From positions 806,001 to 870,000 of the forward strand of contig JALMLS010000322.1 in assembly GCA_038496445.1 (NCBI GenBank): 64,000 nucleotides of DNA, written 5' to 3'. Below are positions 61,699 through 64,000 of this stretch, one piece after another (position 1 is the stretch's first letter; every line of letters begins with the position of its first letter). The position numbers were made by a program, and so were the translations under genes. This stretch comes from Trichosphaerium sp. ATCC 40318. Lineage: Eukaryota > Protista > Tubulinea. The notes beneath the pieces were generated by a model that ran no database searches, was not told the DNA's origin, and was given only the letters and a program-made list of their open reading frames with translations.

Positions 61699-63561
61699 CT
61701 ACAGTGCTGGACGGAATGGAAAGACTGTTATTGCTGTAGTTGTAGTTCCAACTGTTGTGAGGAGTGTAGAGACACTTGTTTCTATTTCTATTTTATGTAT
61801 TCTACCATCATCACAGGAGTATGCCAGTTCAGTGTCAGAAAAGAAGGTCAATTCTATTTTATTTAATGTCAGTATCTGTAGTGTTGCTTGTTTACTTACC
61901 TTGGATGTCGCATTCAAAGTCGATGAGATTTGGACCAGTTACTCCACAAACGCCTTGTGTAAAGCGTGAATTTGGTCTGAGAAATGATTCGCTGCCAGAA
62001 AATAGTTCACCGTTACGGAGAGCTCCTGAAGTAAAGAGTTGGTGATTTTTGTTTTAAAAGGAGACTCCGTTTTCTGTACCATAATTTACATCATTCTTTA
62101 ACAGACATTGATCGGTTATGGAAGAGCATGTGTCCATATCGAACTCAGCAAACAGTTTGTTTTTAGCTGTGACAAAAACATCTCCGGTCTGTTCATCAAC
62201 CATAATGCCATCATAAATAGAAGGAACGTCACAAGATTTAACCTTGAGAAAGAGTTAAAAAATCGGCTTTACCCAAAAGCAAACGTACAATTTCACAATT
62301 GTAAGCGTTGACAGCGAACAATGATTTATCGGTCAAATACATAACACTTCTGAGTTGAGGACTGAATGACATTGCTTTTGCTGGTTCGAGAAGAGCAGTA
62401 TTTGTACATCCTACACAAAGAAAATTTAGTTAACACTTTGTTCACATCTGCACGTGATTTCATATTTTATAAAAACCTTACCTGTGACTACAGTGTCTAC
62501 ATCAAGTACAGAACGGATATCAAACCCAAAGTCATCTCTTCCGGTAGCCAAAGCGTTATCAATAAACAACATTGATGCCATTACTCTCTGACCAGGTGCT
62601 AGCTGTGGTTCTACAACAGTGATTGTCAAGTCTGGAACACTCAATTGTCTGAAACCAGCAGCAGCGTCTACAAGTATTGTACTGCTGTCAAGAGCAGTCA
62701 TGTCTAGTAGAAAGGTAAGGAGCGATCCCAAAACATAAAAAGAAATTCACAATTGTACCATCAATAAAAAACATGTTGTCAGGTGTGCCTGGTATGTTAC
62801 TTGTTATTTGTTCTGAAGATGCAGTGATTGAACAATCTTGGTTTTGGAATCCAGAGATTTCATGAAAAGTTCTGTTGTCGTCTCCAATGTACAGAATGTT
62901 ATTAACAACAACGCCTACCACAAACAAGTTAATACTTCTTCTATTATTTTTATCAAATATTCATCTCAAAGAACGAGTTAAAGGACATACCTGCTGTTGC
63001 AGTAACACCTGATAGACTGCAATGAAATTTCACTGTGCCAGCTTCAAAGTCATACAAAGATATACTGTCTTCATTCATGAGGTAGGTTTCGCCCGTGGCA
63101 GCATCAAAGAATCCACCAGCTGAGAAAAACGGAATGGTACCACCATTGCTTGCAATCTGAACAGAAATAAGTACAAAAAAAAAAGATATAACAATAAAAG
63201 AGTTATGTTCACTAACCCGAAATCTCTCACACGTGTGTGGGTCTATTATATTGATTCCAGTTTGACTCATTATGGCAACTCTATCAATAGTGGGTATGTG
63301 AAACATGTCAATGAAGGTAAACAATACATCACATTCTAAACAGTCGACTGTCAGTATTGTCTCTATGGCAAAGGAACAAATTGGAGGAGGATAACACGTA
63401 CGTTGCAAAAGTGCGCCTGAAACATCAATGATATCAATGCCACTTACTGGAGAATCTCGGGGAACTACTAAAGCATTGTTTGTTGGTTGAGCTGATACGA
63501 AAGTTACACTGAGTATTATCAAAATACATAGGTGATGATAGTAAGATGATGTTGAACGCAT
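61699..63561 (-). CDS. Secreted beta-strand-rich (possibly beta-propeller) protein of unknown function, multi-exon; 3' end uncertain
   Basis: Signal peptide MRSTSSYYHHLCILIILSVTFVSA; successive exon ORFs (62953-63561, 62688-62927, 62426-62731, 61699-61917) with short beta-strand/turn patterns. Confidence 0.55.
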
Positions 63562-64000
63562 TTGGTTTGGAATTGTTGAAGAGGTGTTGCGAAGGAGCTT
63601 GTTGTTTTGGTTTATGGTAATTTGAGATGACAGGGGAAAAAGGTTTTCCCCGTTTTCATAATGTAGGTATTCATGTGACAATTTATTAACTTTATCATAC
63701 TTTAAAAACTAATTTAATATCGCTATCACGGTACCTGTAATATACAATGAGGTTTATGAGTACTTTGTTATTGTTTTATATGTGTTTTCCCGATATGTAA
63801 ATATCTATTTTAAAAGGTGTAACGCTTGATACAACGAGAGCGTTGAATTTGTGAATATTCCTTTATTCATACGACAAACAAATAACGTGATCACGTGTGA
63901 TATTGAAAGTACATAATATGGCATGCCTCTTAATAGAAATAGAAACACAATATGTTCTGAATTACAACGTGGGTACACGAGATAAACAACACCACCTGAA

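Noticed and set aside
1-64000. CRISPR arrays, rRNA genes, autonomous transposase/RT ORFs, U12-type AT-AC introns, alternative genetic code
   Set aside because: None recognised; in-frame stops in the ORF track are explained by introns, and genes end in TAA, TAG or TGA normally.

Overview
AT-rich, gene-dense eukaryotic DNA with many short GT-AG introns (donor often GTACGT/GTAAGT) and the standard genetic code. It is probably a protist; the tyrosine-kinase-type receptor and amoeba-type GH25 lysozyme suggest Amoebozoa (inference). About 27 intron-aware gene models could be reconstructed by hand. Housekeeping genes: UPF1, an RNase II/RNB nuclease, an ABCG half-transporter, TRM11, EAF, PP4c, RPL38, a prolyl 4-hydroxylase, a USP36/42-like protease, a Yip1/YIPF protein and a TAF1A-like protein. 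Accessory genes: an EGF/Ig receptor kinase, an RTX-like repeat secreted protein, an intronless bacterial-type 2H phosphoesterase, and six F-box-like genes, including F-box-E2 and F-box-PH-ArfGAP fusions and three intronless F-box-LRR paralogs (one frameshifted). Non-coding highlights: (1) two unusually long introns, in UPF1 and the USP gene, that are homologous and share a tRNA-like A/B-box head, a covarying hairpin and an A-rich tail (candidate SINE-like intron-generating element or intronic RNA family); (2) an intronic U49/SNORD49-like C/D snoRNA; (3) a MITE with an 8-bp target-site duplication (TSD); (4) a 1.25-kb GC-AG intron with terminal inverted repeats (TIRs); (5) strong CACGTG enrichment. 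Gene boundaries are manual predictions without transcript support.
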